A DNA stretch of 32,000 bases from an uncultured archaeon (GTDB taxonomy: Archaea > Asgardarchaeota > Lokiarchaeia > Sigyniarchaeales > Promethearchaeaceae). Positions 1-9,490 of this stretch are shown one piece after another. Made by a program: the position numbers and the translations under genes. Position 1 is the first letter of the stretch. The number at the start of each line of letters is the position of its first letter. The notes beneath the pieces were generated by a model. It was given only the letters and a program-made list of their open reading frames with translations. It did not search any database and was not told the origin of the DNA. The stretch is from contig CAYRPF010000018.1 of the NCBI GenBank assembly GCA_964426185.1, forward strand, positions 10,442 through 42,441, given 5' to 3'.

Positions 1-1107
1 CTCTACACCAGCGGCACCACTGGAAAACCTAAAGGTGCTCAATTAACACACTACAATATTCTACGTAATACTGTGGATACTGCGAATGTAATGCGATGCG
101 GTCCAGAAGATAAATATCTTATTCCAGTACCTTTCAGTCACTGTTTTGGTAATACTCTCGGAATAACCACGGCAACTTTGACTGGTTCTTCAATGATCCC
201 ATTACTGGATCAAACTCCGTCTGTCGCAATGCGAAAGGTTATGGATGAACATGTTACCGTAGCACACGGCACCCCCACTCATTTTATTCGATATATTCGA
301 TATTTGCAAGAACATCCCGAAATAGATGTCTCTCACCTTCGAACTGGGATAATTGCTGGTGCTCCCTGTCCGCCAGATACCATGCGTGGAATCATGGATG
401 TTATGCATATGCAAGATATTGTAATCGGCTATGGATTAACTGAAGCAAGCCCTATCATCACTCTTACTCAACCCGATGATCCTTTCGAATATCGGGTGAA
501 TTCTGTTGGGAAAGCAATTCCCGATATTGATGTGAGAATTGTAGATAGTGATAATAACGAAGTTCCAGTAGGAGAAGCGGGAGAATTAGTAGTAAAGGGT
601 TATAATGTGATGAAAGGTTATTATAAATCAGATTTTCAACCAATCGATGAAAAAGGATATTTGCATACTGGTGATTTGGCCACTGTGGATGAAAATGGTT
701 ACTATAAAATAGTAGGACGCAAAAAAGATATGATTATTTACGGTGGATTTAACGTATACCCGAAAGCGGTGGAAGATTTCCTTATTCAACATGAAGATAT
801 CTTAGAAGTTGCAGTAGTAGGGGTTCCTGATGAAGAATATGGAGAGTTAGTTACAGCAATTATAAGAAAACCGAAAGAATCCACATTAACGGAACAAGAT
901 GTGGTTGATTATTGCTATGGAACAATTAACAGTCCGAGTGTTCCTAGATATGTTCGATTTGATATAAAATTACCTCTTAGCGGCCGTGGAAAAGTTCAAA
1001 AATATAAACTGCGAAATCAATTGAAGAAAATGAAAGAAGAAGGTAATTTGGGACCAAAACTGGTTCCTACTAAAGTAAAAGAGAAGCACAAGCAAAAAAA
1101 TAATTAA
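1..1107 (+). CDS. AMP-binding acyl-CoA synthetase (5'-truncated by window edge)
   Basis: Frame 1 is open from base 1 and reads LYTSGTTGKPKG (AMP-binding P-loop), so the true start lies upstream of the window. Also GYGLTE, LHTGD, GRKKDMI and terminal SGRGKVQK motifs. Confidence 0.93.
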   Translation, partial: LYTSGTTGKPKGAQLTHYNILRNTVDTANVMRCGPEDKYLIPVPFSHCFGNTLGITTATLTGSSMIPLLDQTPSVAMRKVMDEHVTVAHGTPTHFIRYIRYLQEHPEIDVSHLRTGIIAGAPCPPDTMRGIMDVMHMQDIVIGYGLTEASPIITLTQPDDPFEYRVNSVGKAIPDIDVRIVDSDNNEVPVGEAGELVVKGYNVMKGYYKSDFQPIDEKGYLHTGDLATVDENGYYKIVGRKKDMIIYGGFNVYPKAVEDFLIQHEDILEVAVVGVPDEEYGELVTAIIRKPKESTLTEQDVVDYCYGTINSPSVPRYVRFDIKLPLSGRGKVQKYKLRNQLKKMKEEGNLGPKLVPTKVKEKHKQKNN

Positions 1108-1231
1108 GAAATTCTACAGATGGATTAATCCTATTTTTTCATATTTTTACTTAAAAATTTTCTGATTTATTTTCACCGTGTGCTTTTTTTGGTAACCATA
1201 CCTATGAAATAGTGAAATAAAGGTGTGTTAA

Positions 1232-2548
1232 GTGAACTTTAAAATAGAAAAAATCCATGCTCGATGGATTCTTGATTCACGCGGGAATCCCACCGTGGAA
1301 TGTGATATGTGGGCTGGCGAAAATACTTTCGTTCGCGCAGCTGTTCCTTCAGGTGCTTCAACTGGAGAAGCTGAAGCCGTAGAACTACGAGATAATGATC
1401 CGACCAAATTCGGCGGGAAAGGAGTACTGAAAGCGGTCTCGAACATCAATACCAAGATTAGTAAAATTGTTGTGGGGATGGATTGTTCCCAACAAAAAGC
1501 TTTGGATCAAGCCATGATCGATGCCGATGGAACACAGAATAAGGGTAATTTCGGAGCAAATGCAATTTTAGCTATATCGATGTGTGCAATGAAGGCGGCT
1601 GCGAAAATTCAGCAAAAGCCACTATATCAATACGTTTATGAATTAGCTCATGATGGCAAAACTGCCGACAAATATTTATTGCCAATCCCTTCATCAAATG
1701 TCCTTAATGGTGGAAAACATGCTGGAGGGGATTTGGCTCCACAAGAATTTATGATTCAAGCAATTGGGGCTCCAAATTTTCGAGAAGCAATTCGCATGAC
1801 AGCAGAAGTTTATCATACTATGAAAAAAGTAATTAAACAAAAATACGGTGCAACTTCTGTTAATGTAGGCGATGAAGGTGGATTTGCCCCAGCATTATCG
1901 ACCACACGGGAAGCCTTAGATATAATTATGGAATCTATTAAACAATCAGGTTATGCCCCAGGTAAAGATATCGTTTTGGCGATGGATCCTGCTGCTTCTG
2001 AATTTTATGATAAAGAAAACAAAGTATATAATATCGATGGAAAAGCTCTAACACCGGCTGAGTTAGTGGATTACTGGGCAGGAATTGTAAATGAATATCC
2101 AATAAAATCTTTAGAAGATCCATTCGATGAAGAAGGATGGTCCGAATTTGCTGCACTTAAGGCAAAGATTGGAAATCAATGTCAGATTGTTGGCGATGAT
2201 TTAACCGTTACTAACGTGAAACGACTACAAAAGGCTATTGATATGAATGCCATTAGCTCTTTACTTCTAAAAATCAATCAAATTGGAACAATAACGGAAG
2301 CTATTGAAGCAGCAAAGCTTACGTTTAGTCATGGTTATACGGTAATGGTTTCTCATCGCTCGGGTGAAACATGTGATAATACCATTGCAGATATTGTAGT
2401 AGGATTGTGTACTGGGCAAATTAAATCAGGTGCACCTTGTAGAGCCGATCGACTTTCGAAATACAATCAATTAATGAGAATTGAAGAAGAATTGGATGAA
2501 AAAGCCCACTACCCCCAGAAATATTCCGATTTTAAAGATTTTCAATAA
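1232..2548 (+). CDS. eno: Enolase (phosphopyruvate hydratase)
   Basis: DSRGNPTVE, VPSGASTG, VGDEGGFAP, LLKINQIGT and SHRSGET motifs; GTG start preceded by AGGTG SD-like motif. Confidence 0.98.
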   Translation: MNFKIEKIHARWILDSRGNPTVECDMWAGENTFVRAAVPSGASTGEAEAVELRDNDPTKFGGKGVLKAVSNINTKISKIVVGMDCSQQKALDQAMIDADGTQNKGNFGANAILAISMCAMKAAAKIQQKPLYQYVYELAHDGKTADKYLLPIPSSNVLNGGKHAGGDLAPQEFMIQAIGAPNFREAIRMTAEVYHTMKKVIKQKYGATSVNVGDEGGFAPALSTTREALDIIMESIKQSGYAPGKDIVLAMDPAASEFYDKENKVYNIDGKALTPAELVDYWAGIVNEYPIKSLEDPFDEEGWSEFAALKAKIGNQCQIVGDDLTVTNVKRLQKAIDMNAISSLLLKINQIGTITEAIEAAKLTFSHGYTVMVSHRSGETCDNTIADIVVGLCTGQIKSGAPCRADRLSKYNQLMRIEEELDEKAHYPQKYSDFKDFQ

Positions 2549-2554
2549 AATAAA

Positions 2555-2572
2555 TTTTTTTCAACTTTTTTT
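2555..2572 (+). terminator. Oligo-T archaeal-type terminator after eno
   Basis: Two T-runs (T7 and T7) immediately after the stop codon. Confidence 0.45.
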
Positions 2573-2611
2573 CTCGCTCTATTTCCAGATTAAATAGGAT
2601 ATTTCAGTGTC

Positions 2612-3430
2612 ATGTTCTGTCAAATCAATGGTATACGCGTTTATTATGAAACCTACGGAAAAGGAATTCCTGTATTGATGTTGCACGGATTCCCACTTGA
2701 TAGTCGAATTATGATAGGGTGCATGGAACCAATCTTTAGGGAGATTACGGGATATCAACGAATTTATCTAGATTTTCCCGGGATGGGTCAAACCGAAGTA
2801 TCTCGCCATATAAATTCAACAGACGATATCTTGCAATTTACTTTAGATTTTATTGATCTTATTCTACCTAACAAAGAATTTCTCTTGGTCGGTGAAAGCT
2901 ACGGAGGCTATATTGCTAGTGGAATTGCCGTAAAGCGACGAGAATATATTCAAGGATTACTTCTTATTTGTCCGATGTTGGAACCAGATTTTTCTAAAAG
3001 AAATTTACCTAAACGCACTATTTTAGAGCGAGATGAAAAATACTACTGTAATCTTTCTTTAAAATTACAAAAGGAGATTGATTCCTTTTTAGTAATAGAA
3101 AATGAGCGTATTTGCAAGCGATTTCTCCAAGAAATTCCTCAAGCTATGAAAATTGCAAATATGGAAACATTGAATCGTATTCAGCAGAAATCCTATGGTT
3201 TTTCATGGGATTTATTTGATATCCCTAATATGTTCTCTTTTCCCGCATTATTTATATGTGGTCGACAAGATGATGTAGTGGGTTATCAAGATGCTTTGAA
3301 ATTTTCAGAAAAATTTTCTCATATAACAGTGAGCATTTTGGATAAAGCAGGACATTATGCTCAAGTAGAACAGCAAGAGATTTTTGAGATGCTTGTTAAT
3401 GAATGGTTGAAGCGCATAAGAAGTGCATAA
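2612..3430 (+). CDS. Alpha/beta fold hydrolase
   Basis: HGFP oxyanion motif, GESYGG nucleophile elbow, GRQDD acid and AGHY catalytic His. Confidence 0.9.
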   Translation: MFCQINGIRVYYETYGKGIPVLMLHGFPLDSRIMIGCMEPIFREITGYQRIYLDFPGMGQTEVSRHINSTDDILQFTLDFIDLILPNKEFLLVGESYGGYIASGIAVKRREYIQGLLLICPMLEPDFSKRNLPKRTILERDEKYYCNLSLKLQKEIDSFLVIENERICKRFLQEIPQAMKIANMETLNRIQQKSYGFSWDLFDIPNMFSFPALFICGRQDDVVGYQDALKFSEKFSHITVSILDKAGHYAQVEQQEIFEMLVNEWLKRIRSA

Positions 3431-3453
3431 GAAGCGCATGAAAAGTGCATGAA

Positions 3454-4113
3454 TTATAATTTTATAATCCGGAACAAATCCGCATGAATATATTTTTGTT
3501 TTTTTTTATGATAAGAATAGGAATGTTTTAAGACCAACTGCAATGTAAAAACATGATCAACACGACCTCCCAACTGGGAAATCTTTCGAATTAGAAATTC
3601 ACGATTTTGGGGATGGCTCAAATGCAAGGAGTATATCAAATTTGAGATGGAAATTGCTTGTTTTAGGAAAATTACATCAATTCCACGCCTTTTTACTCCA
3701 AAAGGTGGGTTAGAAACGACTAAAATCGCAGATTTATCTAAAGTATCCCAATTTGTTACATTAAGAATTGTTTCTTCTAACTTTAAGGTGGTTAAATCTC
3801 CCTGTATTAAGGTAATTTTGTCATTTAATTGCAGAGAATCGATGTTTTCTTGGCAAATACTTAAGGCTTCTGGATCAATATCAATTCCTATTGTTTTTGG
3901 CGCACCTAAAACCGCTGCCGCAATTGATAAATTTCCTCCGCCGCATCCCAAGTCGATCACCAACCGATTATTCAAATCTTGGCGTTCAAAAGCAATGTGG
4001 TAGAAAATATCTGCAGTTGCGATGGCATCGGTATAGTACTGCTCATAATGCGCTTTTGGAGATTGAAATGTTTTTAAACTTTGGATAAGATTGATTAACT
4101 CTGATTTTTTCAT
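3454..4113 (-). CDS. METTL5-family SAM-dependent RNA methyltransferase
   Basis: EQYYT N-terminal motif, DLGCGGG SAM-binding motif, NPPFG catalytic motif; sits next to csl4 as in other archaea. Confidence 0.88.
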   Translation of the reverse strand: MKKSELINLIQSLKTFQSPKAHYEQYYTDAIATADIFYHIAFERQDLNNRLVIDLGCGGGNLSIAAAVLGAPKTIGIDIDPEALSICQENIDSLQLNDKITLIQGDLTTLKLEETILNVTNWDTLDKSAILVVSNPPFGVKRRGIDVIFLKQAISISNLIYSLHLSHPQNREFLIRKISQLGGRVDHVFTLQLVLKHSYSYHKKKQKYIHADLFRIIKL

Positions 4114-4209
4114 ATTTTGATACCGTGTAAATAATGGGATTTCACTTTAAATGTAAAGTAAAAAAAGCATCATTCATTCATTAATCATGCGATTGGTGAA
4201 AAAAAAATA

Positions 4210-4833
4210 ATGATATGTGATCGGTATATGAATTCATCTGATAAACCAGAAAATAAGAAACCATTTGTCTATATTGGCGATGAACTGGGCCACACCGAAG
4301 AGTATCTGGGAGATTCGTCTACTACATATACAGAAAATGGTAAAATATATGCTGCAATTGCTGGGTTTTTGAGTATTGATGAAAAAAATCGACAAATCTA
4401 CATTGAAGGAAGTTATACTGAGCGTCAAAAAACCCCTCTTCCAGGAGATATAGTTATGGGTGTGGTTTATTCCATCCGAAAAACTTCTGTGGGAACCAAG
4501 ATAAATACTATCAATAACTTAGTGGTAGTAGATATGGGATTGATCGGTAATGTTCATGTGTCCAATGTATCGAAATCTTATGTAGATAAACTGGATGAAA
4601 TTTTTGAGAAAAATGACATTGTTCGAGCCAAAATTATACGACAGGAAGGAAGAGAATTTCAGATAACATTAGTCGACAACAATCTTGGTGTGATTAAATC
4701 CTTTTGCAAGTACTGTGGGCATGAAATGAAGCGTAAAAATAAAACTCAAGTTCGTTGTCCGTTTTGTGGAAATGTGCAACGGAAAATAATGGCAAATGAC
4801 TACGGTGAGTTTGAAGAAGTGTTACACTTCTAA
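4210..4833 (+). CDS. csl4: Exosome complex RNA-binding protein Csl4
   Basis: GDELG..EEY N-terminal region, S1 domain (PGDIVMG, HVSNVS, DIVRAK), C-terminal CKYC..CPFC Zn ribbon followed by RK. Start may be the ATG at 4228. Confidence 0.92.
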   Translation: MICDRYMNSSDKPENKKPFVYIGDELGHTEEYLGDSSTTYTENGKIYAAIAGFLSIDEKNRQIYIEGSYTERQKTPLPGDIVMGVVYSIRKTSVGTKINTINNLVVVDMGLIGNVHVSNVSKSYVDKLDEIFEKNDIVRAKIIRQEGREFQITLVDNNLGVIKSFCKYCGHEMKRKNKTQVRCPFCGNVQRKIMANDYGEFEEVLHF

Positions 4834-4859
4834 AAAACAAAAAAACGAGGAAAATCGTA

Positions 4860-5099
4860 ATGGCACGCACCGGAAAGAAAACCATCTTAATTCAAGTTTC
4901 AGCAGTTGATGAAATTGAGGATATGATAGAATATGCCCAAAAGCGCGCAGATAATGCTGGATTAAAGATCAGCGTAGATTACACCCATGACATTGGTTTA
5001 AAATTGATTGTTGCAGGACCGCGGGACAAAATTCAACTATATGAACATCAAATCCGAGATGCTCAGAGAGAGATGGAACAAGAGAACGATTTGCAATAA
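4860..5099 (+). CDS. Small hypothetical protein, possibly similar to the DUF2067 N-terminal (KH-like) domain
   Basis: GAGG SD upstream; co-oriented 26 nt after csl4; beta-alpha-beta-beta-alpha pattern with AGPRDKI. Family call is tentative. Confidence 0.6.
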   Translation: MARTGKKTILIQVSAVDEIEDMIEYAQKRADNAGLKISVDYTHDIGLKLIVAGPRDKIQLYEHQIRDAQREMEQENDLQ

Positions 5100-5164
5100 T
5101 TTTTTTATAAATTCTGATTTTGAAGCGATATTACTTAACATCAATTCTACTATTCCTTATTTCA

Positions 5165-5536
5165 TTATTCTAATGGGGATTGACAGCTTTTGCAGAATTT
5201 TTCTCCTTTAAGATTGTGTTCTCCACAATAGGGACAAATTATCTTTGGTAATTCGGAATTTGTCTCAGTTAACGGCATATCATAGGTGGCATCATACATA
5301 TCGAAACTTTTCCCTCTTTTAATCCGGCCTATGGTTAACAAAATCATACCTATTACTAGAAAAATGAACGCTCCGAAAAAGAAGGGAAACATCAAAAACA
5401 CATTTTTAGTGAATATCGGAACCAAAACGCTGCTAAAAAACATAAAAATACCTAGTATAACTACTATTATTCCAATTATTACTCTGGTTGAACTCCCAGA
5501 AGTGGATTTTCCAAATCGATATTGCGAATTTCTCAT
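5165..5536 (-). CDS. Two-TM membrane protein with C-terminal zinc ribbon
   Basis: Two hydrophobic segments followed by CPYCG..FCKSC. Confidence 0.8.
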   Translation of the reverse strand: MRNSQYRFGKSTSGSSTRVIIGIIVVILGIFMFFSSVLVPIFTKNVFLMFPFFFGAFIFLVIGMILLTIGRIKRGKSFDMYDATYDMPLTETNSELPKIICPYCGEHNLKGEKFCKSCQSPLE

Positions 5537-5621
5537 ATGAATTAACTATTATCCATATCGTACAAATTCATAAATTTTTTTTGAAATGCTTTGCTACTTA
5601 TGTTGTTGGTGTAAAGTTTTC

Positions 5622-6068
5622 ATGGGAAAAAAAAAGTCACTTGAGGAAGAATTGGATGGAGATTTTTTAAGCGTAGATAAAGATTCGGATGAAAATATCG
5701 AAGAAGATGTTCCCTCTGATCAATCCAAAGAAGAACTCGCTGAAATACTCTCTTCTCAGCTTGGAGAAGAAATTCCTCAACGAGATTACAAATATCTAAA
5801 AATCCATATTGAACAAGAAAGCGAATTTGAATATTACGTTATCGTTGAGCATCAATCCCACGGATTGATGAATTATATGGTCTCAAAAATGTTAAAATGC
5901 AGCGGGGTGGAATTTTGCGCCTATAAACAAACTAGTTTTGATCCCCCCAAAATGTATGTGCGATTAAATTCTTTTCGTGATATCAAAAGTGTTTTACGCG
6001 AAGCTCTGACGAAAATGAAGACAGAATGGAAGGGAATGAAAAACGCAGTGGCAGCCATGAAATTATAA
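5622..6068 (+). CDS. rpoL: DNA-directed RNA polymerase subunit L (Rpo11)-like protein with acidic N-terminal extension
   Basis: VEHQSHGLMNYMVSKMLKCSGVEFCAYK aligns by eye to the RpoL pattern (EGEDHTLGNLL...VEFAAY); near csl4. ATG 5622 is preferred over 5586. Confidence 0.72.
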   Translation: MGKKKSLEEELDGDFLSVDKDSDENIEEDVPSDQSKEELAEILSSQLGEEIPQRDYKYLKIHIEQESEFEYYVIVEHQSHGLMNYMVSKMLKCSGVEFCAYKQTSFDPPKMYVRLNSFRDIKSVLREALTKMKTEWKGMKNAVAAMKL

Positions 6069-6119
6069 ATTTCGCCCTAAAGCGATTCGGTTTGAATTTT
6101 TTCCTCCATTTTTTTTAGT

Positions 6120-6290
6120 CTATTCATTAAAGAGAATTTTTGGGCTAAATCGGTGCGGAACAATGGTAATTCCTAAGATTTCTGCTTTATTTCTGATAAT
6201 AATATATGCCTGACGTCGATGTGATTTGCAAAATATCGGTTTACGAATTGACTTGAAATAGATGCTTAAGGTAGTGTACGTTTTGCTCAT
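6120..6290 (-). CDS. Possible 56-aa basic small protein (not in ORF track)
   Basis: ATG..TAG frame reads MSKTYTTLSIYFKSIRKPIFCKSHRRQAYIIIRNKAEILGITIVPHRFSPKILFNE and fills an otherwise empty gap; no recognised motif. Confidence 0.3.
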   Translation of the reverse strand: MSKTYTTLSIYFKSIRKPIFCKSHRRQAYIIIRNKAEILGITIVPHRFSPKILFNE

Positions 6291-6462
6291 AATTTTCAAC
6301 TAAATTGCCACAAATAATTTTTTGAATGATAATTTCAGAATAATTTAAAAAATAAAGCTTCTCTTAATTGATCCCTATCCTTAAAAATAGTCTAAAAATA
6401 CTAAAAAAAATTCTTAATTCCAAATCTTTTTCATAGTTAGAGTGCTCTATTTATTCAATACC

Positions 6463-6966
6463 ATGGTAGAACCAATGCCCGATAAGCCGGAGCCGGATAA
6501 CTCCCAGAAACTTTTACTCTCTGAAGAATTAAACTCCATTCGTAAAAGTTTGCAAATTAACAGCTTAAAGGATATAGGAATCAATAAATCCTTAGCGAAA
6601 TTTGGAGACGCAATAACGAACACCATTTATACTATTGCAAAAACTGCTGTTCTCGGCCAATTCACCCAAAGAAAGGTAAATAGAACCATTCTTTCCCATG
6701 CTTTGAAAAATGCAGAGATGAAACTATATGGAAAAACACGGTCGGATGCTCATGCTATGGCGGATACCACTGAAGCATTTATTGGATTTGTTTACTGCGA
6801 AGATGGATGGACAATTGAATCGATGGGCTCAATATTGATAGAAACACTTAAGAAATTTGACTTAAACGACTCAATGATGGAAACTCAAGCAGCAATTGAA
6901 GCTTTTACTGTGTTATTAAGGAAAATTAAAAAATATCTTGTTGAAAAATATCAGTGGGAAAATTGA
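6463..6966 (+). CDS. Archaeal ribonuclease III-like protein
   Basis: SLAKFGDAITN and ADTTEAFIG match the two RNase III signature regions; no dsRBD. Start is uncertain (GTG 6442, ATG 6463 or 6475). Confidence 0.75.
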   Translation: MVEPMPDKPEPDNSQKLLLSEELNSIRKSLQINSLKDIGINKSLAKFGDAITNTIYTIAKTAVLGQFTQRKVNRTILSHALKNAEMKLYGKTRSDAHAMADTTEAFIGFVYCEDGWTIESMGSILIETLKKFDLNDSMMETQAAIEAFTVLLRKIKKYLVEKYQWEN

Positions 6967-7586
6967 AACGAAAAAGTTGCATCTTGGCTTTTGATGATGG
7001 AAAACATGAAAAATCCGATTTAATGCGTTATCGTCCTCAAGTAGATCCTGATTCTTCACATATGACCGACCTTATTGGAGTAATTACCAAAGGTCTGCAA
7101 TTGATGCATGTGTCCAGCACTCGGATAACCGTGGATGGGAGTGATTCGACTACTAAAATCCTTGAATTAATCCAATCTAATCCGTATAGAAATGAAATTA
7201 AACTCATTTTGATTGATTCTCCATGTGTCGCAGGCTTCAATATTCCAAATCCGTTTATCATTTATGAAAAAACCCAAATCCCGATTTTGCTCATTCCCAG
7301 TAATCATCCTACACATATCATCGGAGATGTTTTTGAAAAAGTATTTCCCAACCGATTAGATGAATTGGTAGTATTGAAAAATCTTCCTCCTTTAGAAACC
7401 CTAAATGTAAAGGTCAATATTTCTCCTGAATTGTCAAAAAATGTGTGTTTTCATCCAATTGGTATATCAAAATCAGAAGTGATTGATTTACTGCACTTTT
7501 TAACCCATTATTCCTCAGTTCCTGAGCCATTACGGCTCGCACATTTAATCGCTTCACGATTTAAATTGAAACATGATGCCGCTTGA
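6954..7586 (+). CDS. DUF99 family (endonuclease V-like) protein
   Basis: AFDDG, ITVDGSDST, AGFNI and terminal PEPLRLAHLIA motifs; overlaps upstream gene by 13 nt. Confidence 0.82.
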   Translation: MGKLKRKSCILAFDDGKHEKSDLMRYRPQVDPDSSHMTDLIGVITKGLQLMHVSSTRITVDGSDSTTKILELIQSNPYRNEIKLILIDSPCVAGFNIPNPFIIYEKTQIPILLIPSNHPTHIIGDVFEKVFPNRLDELVVLKNLPPLETLNVKVNISPELSKNVCFHPIGISKSEVIDLLHFLTHYSSVPEPLRLAHLIASRFKLKHDAA

Positions 7587-7646
7587 TAAAATTAGAAGGA
7601 GAAAGAAAGATATTAAAAAATGAGAATGAAAAAATTTAAAATCGAT

Positions 7647-8117
7647 CTATTGCAAATGACGTTCGATGATTTGCCGAAGCTTGCTTTTATTTTGCTCATT
7701 GATTCCCACCATTCCATAGGTAGGAACCCCTAATGCCGCTTCAATTGAACTTGGATCCATCCGATCATCCAAATCTTGCTTGTTCGCAATTGCTATGACT
7801 TTTGCAGCATTTTTAGTCAAATGACGTTCCAACAAGTCCTTTGTAAGCATCACGTTCTTCGTAGTTGAATCCGTCACAACTATTGTCAATTTGGAACCGC
7901 GCAAAAATTCATCCCAAAGAAATTGAAATCTTCGTTGACCCGCTAAATCCCAAACACACATGTTTCCTAATGCCGTCGGGACTTTAGAGATTTCGACCCC
8001 AATGGTCGGTTTTCGTTCGTCGAGGTCGTGTTTTTCTTTCAGGAGTTTGGTGAGGGTCGTTTTACCGACATTAGCTTCGCCGATTAACACAGCTTTATAT
8101 GCATTCATATTTTTCAC
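7647..8117 (-). CDS. Small Ras-superfamily (Arf/Rab-like) GTPase
   Basis: G1 GEANVGKT, G2 PTIG, G3 WDLAGQ, G4 NKQD; 156 aa, stand-alone. Confidence 0.92.
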   Translation of the reverse strand: MKNMNAYKAVLIGEANVGKTTLTKLLKEKHDLDERKPTIGVEISKVPTALGNMCVWDLAGQRRFQFLWDEFLRGSKLTIVVTDSTTKNVMLTKDLLERHLTKNAAKVIAIANKQDLDDRMDPSSIEAALGVPTYGMVGINEQNKSKLRQIIERHLQ

Positions 8118-8302
8118 CGAGAAATGTATTATGGTTAAGAAGAAAATAGGGCTTGATGTTAATCAAATGGAATAATACAAGCTTGCCATTGGGATAATAC
8201 ATGCATATTATGTGTGATTATTTGTAAATCGAAAATTAAGAAGTTAAGAAGTAAAATGGTGCAATAGGGAAAGAATAAAAAGCATGTAGTAAAGGCGAAT
8301 AT

Positions 8303-9109
8303 ATGGTTGACATAAAAATTCTGCCCATAAAGCCTCAAACTGACCAAATCTTCTGGAATTATATAAAAAGGCGTGAAGATGAATTTTTCTTTTATTTGCT
8401 GGATTATAAACAATATCCCCAAAACACTCAGTTATTCGCGGCTGTGGATGTTAACGAGAAAATTCATGGCTTATTTATCATCTGGCGTAATCAAACCATT
8501 CAACTTCGAGGATCCTGTGAAGCTGCCGAAATATTTCTCGATTATTTGAAAAAACAATTAATTGATATTCGCGAAATCACCGGAACCATGGAACACAAAG
8601 AATTGTTAGAAAGGAATTTTCCTTCTTTCAAGCTAACTTTTAATTTATATCGGATGGTTCTAAATAAAGGAGAAGAGAAAATACCAGAAAAGCTCGAAAG
8701 AAGATTTTCCCCTGAAATTTTGGAATCCAGTCCCGCTTCTAAGGAAAAAATCGCGGCTTTCCTCCGTAAAGTAGATCCTATTTTCTGGGGAGAATATTCT
8801 GCAGCGGATATTACTATGGATGATAATCATCTTTATTTGGCAATTTTGGACAAAAACAGAGAATTTATCAGTTTAGCAGGGCTTTGGATTGATGAACAAA
8901 TAGGGATTATAAGTATAATTGGCACCGATCCAGATTTTCGCAATCAAGGATATGCAACCTCAATTGTTGCGAGTAGTGTGCAATTTCTTTTCAAGCATAC
9001 AAATATCATTCTTATTCATGTTCGCACTGACAACCCATCTGCAGTGCACGTTTATCAAAAAGTGGGATACAAAGCAAAATATGAATACATCGTGATTAAA
9101 ATGAGATGA
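8303..9109 (+). CDS. GNAT family N-acetyltransferase
   Basis: C-terminal IGTDPDFRNQGYA (acetyl-CoA motif A) and N.SAVHVYQKVGY (motif B). Confidence 0.88.
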   Translation: MVDIKILPIKPQTDQIFWNYIKRREDEFFFYLLDYKQYPQNTQLFAAVDVNEKIHGLFIIWRNQTIQLRGSCEAAEIFLDYLKKQLIDIREITGTMEHKELLERNFPSFKLTFNLYRMVLNKGEEKIPEKLERRFSPEILESSPASKEKIAAFLRKVDPIFWGEYSAADITMDDNHLYLAILDKNREFISLAGLWIDEQIGIISIIGTDPDFRNQGYATSIVASSVQFLFKHTNIILIHVRTDNPSAVHVYQKVGYKAKYEYIVIKMR

Positions 9110-9321
9110 TATTTGAAAATTCTCGTCTTTTCCTTATATGTGCTACATGGTAAAGGCTGGGAAATATTCCGCAGGATAGAATTCTTCAAGTTTGCATGGA
9201 AAAAAAAATAGATTGATTCATTCGGTTATAGGTGCAGATTTTTTAAATTTTCTGAAATACACCATGCCAACTGGGTTAGAAGCAGATTTGATTTGATTTC
9301 ATATATAACTGAATTTTTAAC

Positions 9322-9465
9322 ATCTATATATAAATATTATATGTAGATTTCTTTGACAAACCTCATTTTTGTTCGAAAGACGAATCAGCAAGATTTATAT
9401 AATCGCATCAATATGTAGATAATATATAGAATTCATATTGATCTATTTTCAGATCGATATATAGA
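9322..9465. promoter_or_regulatory. Cluster of ATATRTAGA motifs around a TATA-like box upstream of the SDR gene
   Basis: Forward copies at 9339, 9411, 9422 and 9457; inverted copy at 9322-9331; TTTATATA at about 9394-9401. Confidence 0.45.
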
Positions 9466-9490
9466 AGAAAATAACAAGGAAGTAACAAGT

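Noticed and set aside
5586-5621. Cys-rich N-terminus MLCYLCCWC on the RpoL-like ORF
   Set aside because: Likely an upstream in-frame extension artefact; ATG 5622 is the more plausible start.
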